Positions 49,104-61,023 of a stretch of 64,000 nt of DNA are shown here, piece after piece (within the stretch, counting starts at the first letter, position 1; each line of letters begins with the position of its first letter). The DNA is from Eukaryota sp. GEM-RC1 (lineage: Eukaryota), in NCBI GenBank assembly GCA_040285855.1, contig JAUFOQ010000002.1, forward strand, positions 3,038,001 to 3,102,000, in the 5' to 3' direction. The notes below the pieces were generated by a model, which was not told where the DNA came from, made no database searches, and saw nothing but the letters and a program-made list of their open reading frames with translations. The position numbers and the translations under genes were made by a program.

Positions 49104-49820
49104 ATGAAAAGCACTTTTCCTGAAGAAATGGTTCCAGAATTGAACCAGTTTAGCAGCTTGTTGAAGTCTTCAGAACGACCCACAACATCACACAGTCATA
49201 ACACACATCTATCTCCGTTGAATCCAGAGCTTTTACCTTTGGACGATTCCTCGGTCAACATCAAGCCTTCGGAAGTCAAGATATATAACGTCGTCGCAAC
49301 AGTTAATCTGAAATGTGGTTTAGATCTAAAACACATAGCTTCATATGTGCGCAACGCTGAATACAATCCAAGACGCTTTGCTGCGGCCATTGTTCGCATT
49401 ATGGAACCAAAGGCAACGGCGCTAATATTCCGAACAGGGAAAATGGTGATCACGGGTGCTTCAAACGAAGAAGACTGTCACCGCGCTGCCCGCAGGTTCG
49501 CTAGAATCCTGCAAAAGGTCAAATGCCCTGTATCCTTCTCGGATTTCAAGGTTGAGAACATTGTTGGTGTTTCCAAAATGGGCTATTCCATTGATCTTGA
49601 GGCATTGCATCAACGTCACCATAAGTTTGCGCATTATGAACCAGAACTGTTTCCCGGCCTCGTTTATAAACTCTTGGACCCCAAGGTCTGTCTGTTGATA
49701 TTCGTCACTGGCAAAATTGTCATTACTGGTGCTAAGACACGGGATTCAATTTATCTCGCTCTTGAGAAGTTGGCTCCCGTTCTTCATGAGTTTAAGGCAA
49801 CAGCCAAACCCAGGGCATAG
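49104..49820 (+). CDS. TBP: TATA-box binding protein
   Basis: NVVATVNL...NAEYNPRRFAA...ALIFRTGKMVITGA; NIVG...YEPELFPGLVY...LLIFVTGKIVITGAK. Confidence 0.97.
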   Translation: MKSTFPEEMVPELNQFSSLLKSSERPTTSHSHNTHLSPLNPELLPLDDSSVNIKPSEVKIYNVVATVNLKCGLDLKHIASYVRNAEYNPRRFAAAIVRIMEPKATALIFRTGKMVITGASNEEDCHRAARRFARILQKVKCPVSFSDFKVENIVGVSKMGYSIDLEALHQRHHKFAHYEPELFPGLVYKLLDPKVCLLIFVTGKIVITGAKTRDSIYLALEKLAPVLHEFKATAKPRA

Positions 49821-50109
49821 TCTTTATTTGTTTTTGCACAATAAAGAAGCACTGTACATAAAATCAACTTCGCTTTGTTGTAAGCTCACCATCAGATGTA
49901 TCACACACATCAATCTATGAGTCACTTGTACAGTTACAGTCAGACCTCTGTAATTTGTCGCCCCCAAAAGTGAGAAATTATAGAGGTGTACCTCCTGTCT
50001 ATTGTGAAACAAAATTCCTAAGTTACTCACTGGAGTGCGACGTTTTTTTGCTCACTCGGTCTGTCTGTGCGCACTGAGTGCGAGTACGATCAGAGAGTAG
50101 TACAAAAAG

Positions 50110-51727
50110 ATAAATGCTTATTGCTTTTTAATTGACCTTTGTAATACTGTAGTGGACCTTCTGGATATATTTCTCAAATTCCTACGCTGTTTTGATCACA
50201 TCCAGTGATGTACAAAAATAGTAGCCGTAAATACGGTACCTTTGTAAGTTTGCCGTCAATTATTTCCGTACTTTTACAGTTTTTGTATTTTAGGGCAAGT
50301 TTGAAACGAAGTGAGAATACGCGAAAGACGGAAAAATATTTTTATAATTGAAACTACAAAAACTAAGAGCAAATAAAGATCAAAACCGTGATCCATCACT
50401 AATCAGAATCGGTATGTTAATATTCCCTGAATGACTTGCAGGCAGAACCGTTTTAACTGTGTCCAGCTGTTTCTATGTAGAGAAGAAATTGTTGACGTCT
50501 TAAAAGTCTCCACTTCAAACGATGACGATGATCAACATAATACGGTTTTTCAAGTTGTCTTAGCAGGATTATCACATTTGATCAATAAAAACAATAAGGC
50601 TGTACCAGCTTCTAAGAATGTCAGCTCTTCATGTCGACCCAGTCAATTCTCTTCTTTCATGTACTAGGGCAACATAGAATGGCGCAGTTGTTACAGAACT
50701 GATCAAAATGATCTAGAATGCTATGATGTTTCGATTTACGGGGTATACAAAACGATTTTTTTATATTCTCACTACGGAAACATTTGCCGTAAATAATTTC
50801 CGTATTTTCACATTTACCGTATTTTACGGATACCGAGTAAAGTACCGTACCGTATTTTACGGTAGTGTACGGCAAATAGTGTACGGTACGCTATTTATTG
50901 TACATCACTGATTACATCTATCTGATGAAGCTTGGATGATCAATATGCGTCTTCGTTTGGCTATTTGACCTGCAAATGTATTAAACTATTCAACATGCTG
51001 GAGCTAATGGTGTTTTTCGTCATTTAATTAATTGTCGCTATTTTATTCATCAACGTGCAGTAATTCATGATGGTGTACGTGATGCTTGTTATTCCATGTT
51101 TAAAGCACAAGGTTTTCACTCTAAAGTTGAACCAGTTTTGAATCATCTTTCAGAAAATGAATTTACTGATCAAAAAAGAGGGGATCTTTATACTCCGAGG
51201 CTTAAATCGAGTGAATCATTAATGGATTTTACTACAGTAGTTGTTTACAACAAATCTTGTGTTATTAGGATATTAGATTCTTCTTTTAATTCGTTAAACA
51301 GCTGCTGAAAAGCTCAAACACTCCAAGAATGACTCTCATGTAGATGAATTAAATCGAAACTCGTATTCCAAATTTGTGTTTCAACCTTTTGCTGTTTCTC
51401 TTTTTGGATCGATTAGTCCTGCCGGTGATTAATTTTTCAAGGATTTCGAAGAACTGTGTAAAGAAAAGAAGCGTAAGTATAGAACGACTGAATGGAAAAA
51501 CCGTATAGTGTTTTCGATATATCGGAATATGCCTTTCTATTTCTCTCGATTCATTGAGAAATTGTCCAAGTATGGTATGAAGGTTAATTTTGCAAAACGT
51601 ACCTAAAATCCGGTAATCTTTTACCGGATGGGGAAGAAGTCCTTTGGATTTAGTTTAGCATCATTCGTTTGTTTTTGTAAATATATATTCTCGGAGGAAG
51701 GTTACCTTCGGTACGCCTAGGAATAAA
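50110..51727 (+). mobile_element. Decayed CRE-like retroelement copy interrupted by hAT element 50203-50910
   Basis: Aligns to the reverse complement of 57114-58010 with stops and indels; 3' GGAAGGTTACC...GAATAAA. Confidence 0.88.
50203..50910. mobile_element. hAT non-autonomous element (CAGTGATG family)
   Basis: CAGTGATGTACAA / TTGTACATCACTG; TSD ATCACATC / ATTACATC. Confidence 0.88.
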
Positions 51728-52005
51728 GGTTATAAAATTTCTCATTAGTTTTATGTTAGTGAGAGTTTTTGCGGTTTTACACTGTAACTGGTTTCGACCT
51801 TGTTGCTCTTGGTTGGATAGTGATGAGAACATTTCAATGTGGAGCACACCCTCGATTTAAGGCATATCATAGGGTGGTAGTAAATTGAGGGTGGACTGTA
51901 AAATCACTTGTAATGTTTCTTAAACTCTCTTTAATAAGGACTCATTATATAATTAGCATGTGCTTAAAAACAATAACAATGTAATAAATAAACTGGCTAC
52001 ATCTA

Positions 52006-53406
52006 CTAAACACGTTCCCAAACTTCAGGAGCAACTCTCTTAGATTCTGCTTTAATAGCAGTTTCATCAAGAGTTAATAGTTCACGATCATACATCAAAA
52101 ACTTTCCATTACAAATAGTACTGTGGACCAACTGACTTCCCATACCAAATACTACATGCCATGGTAAACTACCAGCAGAGATAGGAGTAGGAGAGTAATA
52201 GTCCATAACAACCAAATCAGCAACTGCGTTAGGCTCCAAAACACCCACTTTTACACCAAAAAACTTGGATGCGAGCTTGGCATTATTCTTGAATAACAAT
52301 TCTGCAGGTTGAGGTCCCATTTGTCTAGGATCAGCCTTTGCTAACTTGTGAACGAAATAGGCGGCCTTCATTTCACCAATCATGTCTAGAGAGATTCCTG
52401 TTGTGAGTAAGTGATGAGAAACATACCGTCTGTGCCTAAAACAACCTCTACTCCATTTGCTAACATCTTAGGGATATCCGCAACTCCTACACCGTTGTTC
52501 ATGTTACTCTGAGGTTGGTGAGAGACAATAGTGCCAGTTGTCTTCAAGAGATCGATTTCCTTATCACTGATGTGAATACAATGAGCAAAGATTGACTTGT
52601 CAGATGTCAATCCAAAGCGATGAAGTCGTTCCAAAGGACCTTCTCCAGTCTTGGTGACGTCTTCCTTTCCTTCTCCACAATGAATATGAGCTCCAAGATC
52701 AAGTTCCTTCATTGCAGCGGCGACCTTGGTCAAAATATCATCACTAACAGTGAACTGAGCATGAAGACCAATCATGGCAGAAAGCATGGTACGTTCGTTT
52801 TCATCGAGGGAATCCACAAACTTGGCAAATCGAACATTTTCTTGAAGTCCAGCTTCAGCTTCATCATCACCATTTCTGTTAGAGATTTCATAGGTAAGGC
52901 AGGATCTAACACCGGCTTCCCTTACAGACGTCAGCAATTACGTTCAGGGAACCTTCGATAGCAGAAGGAGAAGCATGATGGTCAAAGACAGTAGTTAGTC
53001 CACAACGGATACCTTCAGCAAGACAAACTTGAGCAGAAAGAGCAGTTGACTTGTTATCCAAGGCTTTGTCCAACTTCCACCATAATCTTTCTAAGATTTC
53101 ACCAAAGTTAGAGGGGGCTTCGTCTTTAAGAGCCATTCCACGGGAGAACATTCCATAGAAATGTGTATGAGCAGCAATGAAACCGGGCATGATGAGACGA
53201 CCTTGTACATCGATTTTGACAGCGGAAGCATCGCTTCTGTACTGGTAGAGAACTTCTGCAGAAGAGCCAACAGATAAGATAGTGTTTCCTTGGAAAGCAA
53301 CTGCGCCGTTTTCAATAACACGACAATCGTCTCCGTGAGTGACAACAGTTCCGTTGTAGAAAACTTTGATATCGGTGAAGTCCAAGGTATTGATGTTACA
53401 GATCAT
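52006..53406 (-). CDS. ssnA: SsnA-like metal-dependent amidohydrolase (bacterial type); 29-nt intron 52398-52426; frameshift at 52919-52921
   Basis: MPGFIAAHTHFYGMFSRG, ILERLWWKLDKALD, GLTTVFDHHASP, GLHAQFTVSD, HIHCGEG, AHCIH, QSNMNNGVG, spliced LGTDG|ISLDMIGEMK. Confidence 0.9.
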
Positions 53407-53441
53407 TGTGCGTGGGAAAATTGTTTCTCAACATCAACAAA

Positions 53442-55742
53442 ATGTCTTCACTTACTGAATTGAATATCGTAATAACATCTCATTTCTGCTCCGAGAAGAC
53501 TACTGTTAATCAAAAGCTTTTAATAGCAAAAGATATTGCTTCCAAAATCCGCACTTATGCTGATGTTTCACCTTCAGATTTTACACCACTCTATACTGCA
53601 CTTGTTCGACTATTTAATGATCAACACCATGAAGTTACCTCTCTTTCATTATATGTAATTAGGTTGCTGACTTCAATTCTCCCATCTCCAGTACTTATTC
53701 CAGTCATTTCTCGATTTCTCGATACTTCATATCATCTTTATCGTAACCTCTCCATAGCCATTCTCAGCAACTTCAATGATTCAAACCTTCTTCACCTTAT
53801 ACTTCCCCTCCTACACCATCGTGACTACTCTACAGCGAAGACAGCCATAATCCACCTTCACCACTTTGTTTCTCAGGACAATATTGAGATTGTACTGGCT
53901 GATTTACTTCCTCTTTTTGCTTCTCATTTGAATATTGTTGTTATACACGTTCTCCAGAAGCTGATTTGTAGTTATCCTTTTGTTTCAGGTAAAGTTTTGC
54001 AACATTTACTGTATGAAACTCAATCAATGCAGTTTTCTGCTATATTTAAAATATTTATGAAATTAGTCCGACTGTGCGTTTTCTATTGTCATTTAAATGC
54101 TTCAGAATTTAAACTTCGTTCTAGTAACTCAACTCCAATACGATTTAACGTTATTGTCCTATCTGAACTCTTGGCTTTTTGTCATTGGAATTCTGCCGAC
54201 AAACTGTGCCCTACTCAATCAGAATCATTGACAATGATTCAATCACTGGCATCATCGATCTCAATCAATTTCAATCATGATCTTCAATCAGTCTCTACTA
54301 ATCCATCGGCCAAACTCCACGAAATCGATCTCTACACTGTTAAATGTTTAATCTACCTATCTCTATACGTTAATTCCACTTTCCCACCCTCCCAAAAGCC
54401 TTGGTATTTGACTGATCTAATACGAATCTCGCTAGAAATAGCTAACATCCATACTTGTTGTGCTTGGTCTTGTGCTCGAGAACTTTGCCTTTCACGTCAA
54501 GTTCTACTGCTGCCGTCTATACTATTAGCTCATAAAAGGATTGATCTCACTGCTTCTCAAGCTATTATCACCAGTTTTAAGAGCAGACTAGCAATAATTG
54601 ATGAGGAAACCTTCTGTGGGGAGTGTGTGAAGGTGTTTTCTGGAACCTTTGAACGGATTATTCGACTTGAAAAGTTTATTATTGATATTAGGTTTATGAA
54701 TTCTTGGTTCAAGAGACTTTTAGGACAAGGTCGTTTAGCTCAGACTGATTTATCTAAGATTTCTAGAATTCTAGTGAAGCACCAGTATTATAATACTTCC
54801 CAGTTTTCCTTTGAGAATTTGTCTGTTCATGCCAAAATTTCACTGATAATTGAAATTTCTAAAAAATTGGGCCAAGTTGGTCATTTTGAATTAATCAAGA
54901 CTCTAGCTAATCAGAGTCGGGAAGTTGCTAATCATCTGCAATCAAATCAACGACTGTCTGTTGATCCCCATTATGCAATCATTTTTGATTGTCTATCATA
55001 TATTATTGCCTCATTTGATGTGAATCAATCACTTTCTGCTCGAGTTTCCTTACTTGATCGAGCTCTTCTTTGTACAGTTTCCTTTTTAAAACATTATGGA
55101 GCGGAATGTACCCAAAAGTTCTTCTTTATTCAAGAATTCACCTCCATTTTAAAGGAATTTCTAATAATTCTAGGAAATTATCAAGTTGTATTAGTCGTAA
55201 ACAGTTTACTAAACAATCAAATATCTCGACTCATTGACCGACTGTCATCATTGCGTCACGCACGTCATTCCACGTCATCACAGACCTCTAACTCTTTAAT
55301 GATCTTTGAAAACACTCTAGTAGAGTTCCAGAAATCCACTCAGAGTACGACTCATCCTGTGGATATAGCTGCAATTATTTCAAATTTCTTTAGAACGATT
55401 GTCCCGATTCCATCCGGTTTCTTTTCGATTGTTGAGTGTCTGTCAATCACTGTGCAATCGTCAACATCACGTGAGATGTCAATAACGGTTGGGGGTTTGT
55501 TGAAGGACAGGCGGCCTTTTCTACGATTACATTTGGTTTTTGATGGAAAAACTAAATTCACCTCAAAATATTTAAAATCTAATGATAAAGGTGTCGCTAC
55601 TGTCCAGTGTCAGATCCCTTTTATGTTTTACAGTTCAGATACTGATACCAGATCTGGTTCTCGGCAGTTGGTGTCTGTTCAAGCTAAGCTGATTGACTCT
55701 AATCAGCAGAAATGGGGGTCAATGATTACTTTTTCTGTATAG
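53442..55742 (+). CDS. HEAT/ARM-like helical repeat protein with beta-rich C-terminus
   Basis: Uninterrupted ~766-aa ORF; LVRLFNDQHHEV and ILPLLHHRDYST HEAT-like units. Confidence 0.65.
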   Translation: MSSLTELNIVITSHFCSEKTTVNQKLLIAKDIASKIRTYADVSPSDFTPLYTALVRLFNDQHHEVTSLSLYVIRLLTSILPSPVLIPVISRFLDTSYHLYRNLSIAILSNFNDSNLLHLILPLLHHRDYSTAKTAIIHLHHFVSQDNIEIVLADLLPLFASHLNIVVIHVLQKLICSYPFVSGKVLQHLLYETQSMQFSAIFKIFMKLVRLCVFYCHLNASEFKLRSSNSTPIRFNVIVLSELLAFCHWNSADKLCPTQSESLTMIQSLASSISINFNHDLQSVSTNPSAKLHEIDLYTVKCLIYLSLYVNSTFPPSQKPWYLTDLIRISLEIANIHTCCAWSCARELCLSRQVLLLPSILLAHKRIDLTASQAIITSFKSRLAIIDEETFCGECVKVFSGTFERIIRLEKFIIDIRFMNSWFKRLLGQGRLAQTDLSKISRILVKHQYYNTSQFSFENLSVHAKISLIIEISKKLGQVGHFELIKTLANQSREVANHLQSNQRLSVDPHYAIIFDCLSYIIASFDVNQSLSARVSLLDRALLCTVSFLKHYGAECTQKFFFIQEFTSILKEFLIILGNYQVVLVVNSLLNNQISRLIDRLSSLRHARHSTSSQTSNSLMIFENTLVEFQKSTQSTTHPVDIAAIISNFFRTIVPIPSGFFSIVECLSITVQSSTSREMSITVGGLLKDRRPFLRLHLVFDGKTKFTSKYLKSNDKGVATVQCQIPFMFYSSDTDTRSGSRQLVSVQAKLIDSNQQKWGSMITFSV

Positions 55743-56074
55743 TGATTCAATTAATCGAGTAGAAGTTGGATTACTAACTATTGATTGGGTTGTTTTTAGT
55801 TAATGTCCTTATCTGGATTTTAACTGAATATTTGATCTTTGTTTCATTTGTATTTGGAATTTATAGACGGGAATTTAGTGCTATGCAGCTTTCTTAAGTA
55901 AGGTCAATTTACTCCCATAATAAATATCAAAGAATTACATTGTGATTTAATTTTTGAATGTGCAGTACAATGTAGCAATACGTACAAATATACCGAATAA
56001 GAAAGGTGTCTGTCAAGCACTTCGCTATTGACTTTCTTAGTTATTGTTCTTCGTTATAGTAATATTCAATATTG

Positions 56075-56450
56075 CATCAGTTGACCCGTTTGCAAAAGTC
56101 TACCAAGACTCCATATTGAATGATTCTAATGGTCATCTTGAAATGGCTGAACAGCGAAAGTGTTCAAATTATGTCGATGTTATGAAGAAGCTTAATGTAA
56201 ATCTATATTCTAAGTTTTCATTTGTTCCATTTGCAATTTCAATTTTTGGTAATATTGGTCCAGCCGGTCTAAAAAATTTTTAAACGATTTAACTCTTTTA
56301 TGTCGTACTAATGGCAAGGTTTGTTATAGTGCTGTATGAATTAATCGAATTTTGTTTGCTCTTTATAGAAACATTCCCAAGTATTTAAGTTCCATTTACG
56401 AAGTTGCTTAGTGATAATTCTCGTGTTGATGTGGAGAATTTAACTTCTTT
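56075..56450 (+). mobile_element. CRE-like RLE fragment (distinct subfamily)
   Basis: SVDPF...AEQRKCSNY...YSKFSFVPFAISIFGNIGPAG. Confidence 0.75.
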
Positions 56451-56488
56451 CATTTTTGAATTAGTAAGTACATTGTATTAAGTTATTG

Positions 56489-58190
56489 CAGTGATGCGAA
56501 GAAATTAATTTAAATTAAATTATTAATTCTTGACACACTCAATTAATTAAATTTAATTCATGCGGCCTGCAATTAATTGATTTTAATTCTCCGGTCCCAC
56601 AATTAATTAATTGCAATTAATTACTAATCATTCTATTCTATAATACGATAACAGACATCATATTATCAAGCAGAATTTTCATCTGTAGTCAATGGTACTG
56701 AATACAGTAACGTTGTCTCCTGCAAGTTGTTGTTCACACTGATTTGACTACATCAAAGTACCAAAAACCAGTGTTCTAGAGATGGAACAATTACTTCGTT
56801 TGAGAACTGAAAGGATCTCTTGGTTACTCTAAGATGCTATTACGATTACAATGAATCAGGCGTCAATTGTATTGGCCAGTTGTGGAGTTGTTTGCGTTTT
56901 GCATCTCAGACACTAAGCATTTTTGGACACATCGTATGTTTGCTGATCTTTAGCAGACCAGGTTTGACAGTTTCCACTTTTAAACTATTAAACTATGTAT
57001 TCGTAAGGTTCTCATATGCACTAGTTGATCAGGAAATTATAAAATTAATTCTACTAATTAGCGTTAATTAATTCTAATTCTAAGGTGTAACAATTAATTA
57101 ATTGTAATTCTAAGAGAGATGTTTATTCGGCACCCAATAAGGTAACCTTTCTACAAACTATGAAATTGTAAAAACAAACAAATAATACTAAGATTAAATC
57201 CAAACGACTTCATCACCACCCGGTAAAAGATTACGTTTATCTACATGAACCTTCACACCAAACTTGTACAATTTCTTAATTAATCTAGAGAAATAGAAAG
57301 GCATATTCCGATATATGGAAAACACTATACGGTTTTTCCATTCAGCCATTCTAAACTTACGCTTCTTTTCTTTACACAATTCTTCGAAATCCTTGAAAAA
57401 TTGATCACCAGCAGGACTAATAGATCCAAAAAGAGAAACAGCAAAAGGTTGAAACACAAATTTGGAATATGAGTTTCTATTTAATTCTTCTACTTGAGAG
57501 TCATACTTGGTGTGTTTGAGCTTTTCAGCTGCTGTTAATGGATTAAAAGAAGAATCTAATATCCTACTAACACAAGATTTGTTACATACATCTACTGTAG
57601 TAAAATCCATTAATGCTTGACTCGATTTAAGCCACGGAGTATGTAGATCCCCTCGTTTTTGATCAGTAAATTCATTTTCTGAAAGATGATTCAAAACTGG
57701 TTCAACTTTAGAGTGAAAACCATGTGCTTTAAACATGGAATAACAAGAATCACGTACACCATCATGAATTACTGCACGGAGATGAATAAAATAACGACAA
57801 TTAATTAAATGACGAAAAACACCATTAGCTCCACAAGAGCACGTTGAATAGTTTAATAAATTTGCAGGCCAAATAGCCAAACGAAGACGCATATTGATCA
57901 TCCAAGCTTCATCAGATAGATGTAATCCATACACCTTTGGAATTTGAGAAATAAATCCAGAAGGTCCACTATTACAAAGATCGATTAAAAAAGCAGCGAA
58001 CTCGGGACTATTAGTTTTAGCCAAGCTAATACGATTATTAAAGTCCAAGAGTTCAAACTCCTTGTCAATTTATTTTGCAGCTTACATACAGCAGATGGTA
58101 GAGATGAAATATTCTAAGTGGCTAGAATTAATTAATTCTCAGAAAATTAATCCAATTAATTATAATTAAATTAATTTTTTCGCATCACTG
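56489..58190. mobile_element. hAT non-autonomous element (CAGTGATGCG family) carrying a nested retroelement
   Basis: CAGTGATGCGAA / TTCGCATCACTG; TSD AGTTATTG / ATTTATTG; AATTAATT sub-terminal repeats. Confidence 0.85.
57114..58110 (-). mobile_element. CRE-like non-LTR retroelement 3' portion with an open zinc-knuckle/RLE frame (57194-58048)
   Basis: 284-aa open frame with CCHC-like knuckle and PD-(D/E)xK-like motifs; nearly identical to 20451-21412; candidate TSD ATTCTAAG. Confidence 0.9.
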
Positions 58191-58242
58191 ATTTATTGTT
58201 GCATATAAACTCTATAAAATCAATATTCATTAACTATTAAAC

Positions 58243-59363
58243 ATGCTCTATCAACCAAAATTCTACACTGTTTATCTGATTGAGAAGGTCAAAAGCGATC
58301 CTTTAGAAGTTTTCTCAATCATCCAAAGAAGAAAGGCGTTCATTCCCCAGAATTTCTTGCTTCCGGTCGATCAAGGTGTTGATCCACACAACCAAAAATT
58401 TTCCGCGTTTTCAAAACATATAACTTTCCCCCCTCAATGCTGCAAGTCGATTATCAGCCCCACAAGTTGAAGTTACATGTACTGTTTCGAGTAATCTTTG
58501 TGTTAATTGTTTTATTTACACAGATGTTTGAACTGCGCTTGATGCTTCCACAGTTCGTGATCTTTGGTCTGCTAAGCCGTTCAGCCACAGTCGTTGCCTT
58601 CTACCTTTGTTGTAGAAATCCTGGAATTGTCACCGCTTCAAATCAACGTTCCTTGACAGAAATCGTTCATGATAGCTCTCTGCACAACAGCTCTTACTAT
58701 TGCTACTCCTGTGCAGTGTATAAAGTTGGCCGCTCAAAACATTGTAAACGATGTTCTTGTTGCATCACGAACCACGATCACCATTGCTTTTGGCTTGGAT
58801 GCATTGGTGCTGCAAACATGGGCTATTTTCTCATACTCTTGACCAGTCTTTGTATTCATTTTGCTACTGTGGTGGCAATAGGATTGTTTACATTAATTAC
58901 CTTAAAATCCCAATTCAATCAGCTACAACCGACCTTTATAAGGAAATCCTCCTTCACCCTTGCGGCTAACATCTCCTCTCTAAAAAACGCTCTGATAGCC
59001 TATCTAGTTCTTTCCATCGTTCTGTTTCTCGTTTTCTTCATCTACTACGTGTATCATCTTCGATTAATCAAATTGGGACAAACACTCTCACAACATCACA
59101 AGTCAAAAATTCTTCTCAACGTCGCCTCCAAGAATAAACGCCTTGTACATGCATGGGAGAAACGTCGCCGCTTAAATCCTTCCCTTCCTGCTCACGATCC
59201 TTTATGGCCGTGCTGTAAACGTCCTGAAAGTTGCTGTTGTCCTGTGTGTGTGGTTCAGTCATCTGATAAATTAACTCTGGATAATGGACTGGGGTTCTGG
59301 AAGAATTTAGGTGCAGTGTTTATAAGACAAAGTCTAGTTAATGATGTTCTTAGGTCTTGTTAA
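58243..59363 (+). CDS. DHHC palmitoyltransferase; 5' part probably joined by a frameshift
   Basis: RNPG...YCYSCAVYKVGRSKHCKRCSCCITNHDHHCFWLGCIGAANMGYF. Confidence 0.9.
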
Positions 59364-59989
59364 ATGGAATATTTGTGGTGATTCTATCGTCAGTTATTCA
59401 GGTTTTCTTGATAACTGACAGTGGAGTTTTTATTGATAATAACTGTATTTAATATGCATCATAACAGGTTTCTGCCAGCACTCTTTTGTTGGAATCTTTG
59501 TTTGACTTTGTATGTCTCGTTACTTTACAGGGATGTGACAATATGTATTTAAGGTTATTGTTTATTGCTTTCGTTCATAATCAACGTATTGTCTATAAAC
59601 ACTGGTTGGTTCAGTTTAGTTCCTCTGTATCTGCTTCTCAAAGATACAAATGAGCTTTGTACACATGAGTAAACGAGTTACCTAATAGCAAACACATTGG
59701 TGTATTACTTTGTATGAAACATAAAGTCTTTTTCAGACTTGTCAACTGGGAACAGCTCATTTCAAGGAGTAGAGAGCAAATGTTTCAGTTCTGTAACAGA
59801 ACAGGTTGAGTTCCTGTCATGCTAGTCAGCAAAATTCGTGACAGGTTAAGAATTGTACAGTAGTGGATAATATTTGTAAAAAGTTGTGTTCAGAACTTGA
59901 CAAGAAGTGTAACATTTGTTTTAAATAAAACCTTTATGGAACAAAAACACTAAAATAAACACAAATATATAGAAGTGTAACAGACCGTG

Positions 59990-61023
59990 TTGGAAGAGTG
60001 AATTTACTTTTTCGATTTTGTTAATCGATTTCCTAATGATATTTCACTGATTAACCCCAATACATGTAAATATTTATTTGACTTAAATGAAGCGTTAACC
60101 AAATTACCTTTTGACGTTTGGTCTCAGTGTTTCCCAGAATCTGTGTCTGAAATACCTGAACGATGTTTGACTAATCTTCAGTTCTGTCTGAAAAAATTAC
60201 AACAGAAACTCACATATATTTTTGAAAGCTTGGATTATAATGTTCGATTTGGCATGGCCAAGGAAAAAAATCTCGCTTTTGCAAATTTCTTAACGGATGT
60301 TTCTAATAGCTCTGCTTCATGTCTGATTACTCAAATCCCTCAAGTATACGGTCTTCTTCTTGATGATAATTTTTTTTAGAAGTAAGGTTCATGATTCAGT
60401 TAGGGATCAATTATATTGTATGTGCAAATCTTATGGAATAGTTTCCTTTTTAGAACCAGTTCTGGCTGGTTTATTTGATGATACAGATGTTGACAAATCG
60501 TTTGGAAATAGCCGTGGTGATGTCATATTTCCTGGTCTTGATGGATCTTTCATTATTGCTGATGTTATGTCTATCGATGTTTGTAATGATTCTAACAAGA
60601 AACTTGCTAAATCTAATGCTAAAAACCCCTTGTTGATTGGTGAAAAATGTAAAATGCAAAAATATTGTGCTAAATTGAAATTGTTGAATTCGGCTTCACA
60701 CTCGAATTACTTGTTGTACCCTTTGGTATTTTCACTGTACGGTTCTTTAGGTGATTCTGCAACATCATTACTTGAAATCTTTGTGAAGATTGTAAAAGAA
60801 AAAACTTCTAGGACTTTTGATCTTAGATTTTGGAAAAATCGAATCGTGTTTGCTATCTTTAAAGTTATGGTGACGTCTGTATCTAGCGCTTCATTATCTC
60901 TTGGCAGACATTATGAGGATAAGGTGGATGAAACTTTCCAGTTAGGCAATCTGAACTTTGAGGATATTGATTATTAGATGTATGTACACTGTAGTGTTGT
61001 TGTATATTACTTTTAGAATAAAT
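59990..61023 (+). mobile_element. CRE-like RLE fragment, subfamily 2, with the zinc knuckle deleted
   Basis: ITQIPQVYGLLL, VHDSVRD, LEPVL, SRGD, ADVMSIDVC, GEKCKMQKY, LYPLVFSLYG, FWKNRIVF; AATAAA at 61017. Confidence 0.85.

Noticed and set aside
48905..49183. Minus-strand ORF starting MGRSEDFNKLL (AAA-like start) and many other short antisense ORFs in the track
   Set aside because: Shadows of well-supported genes on the opposite strand, without independent motifs.
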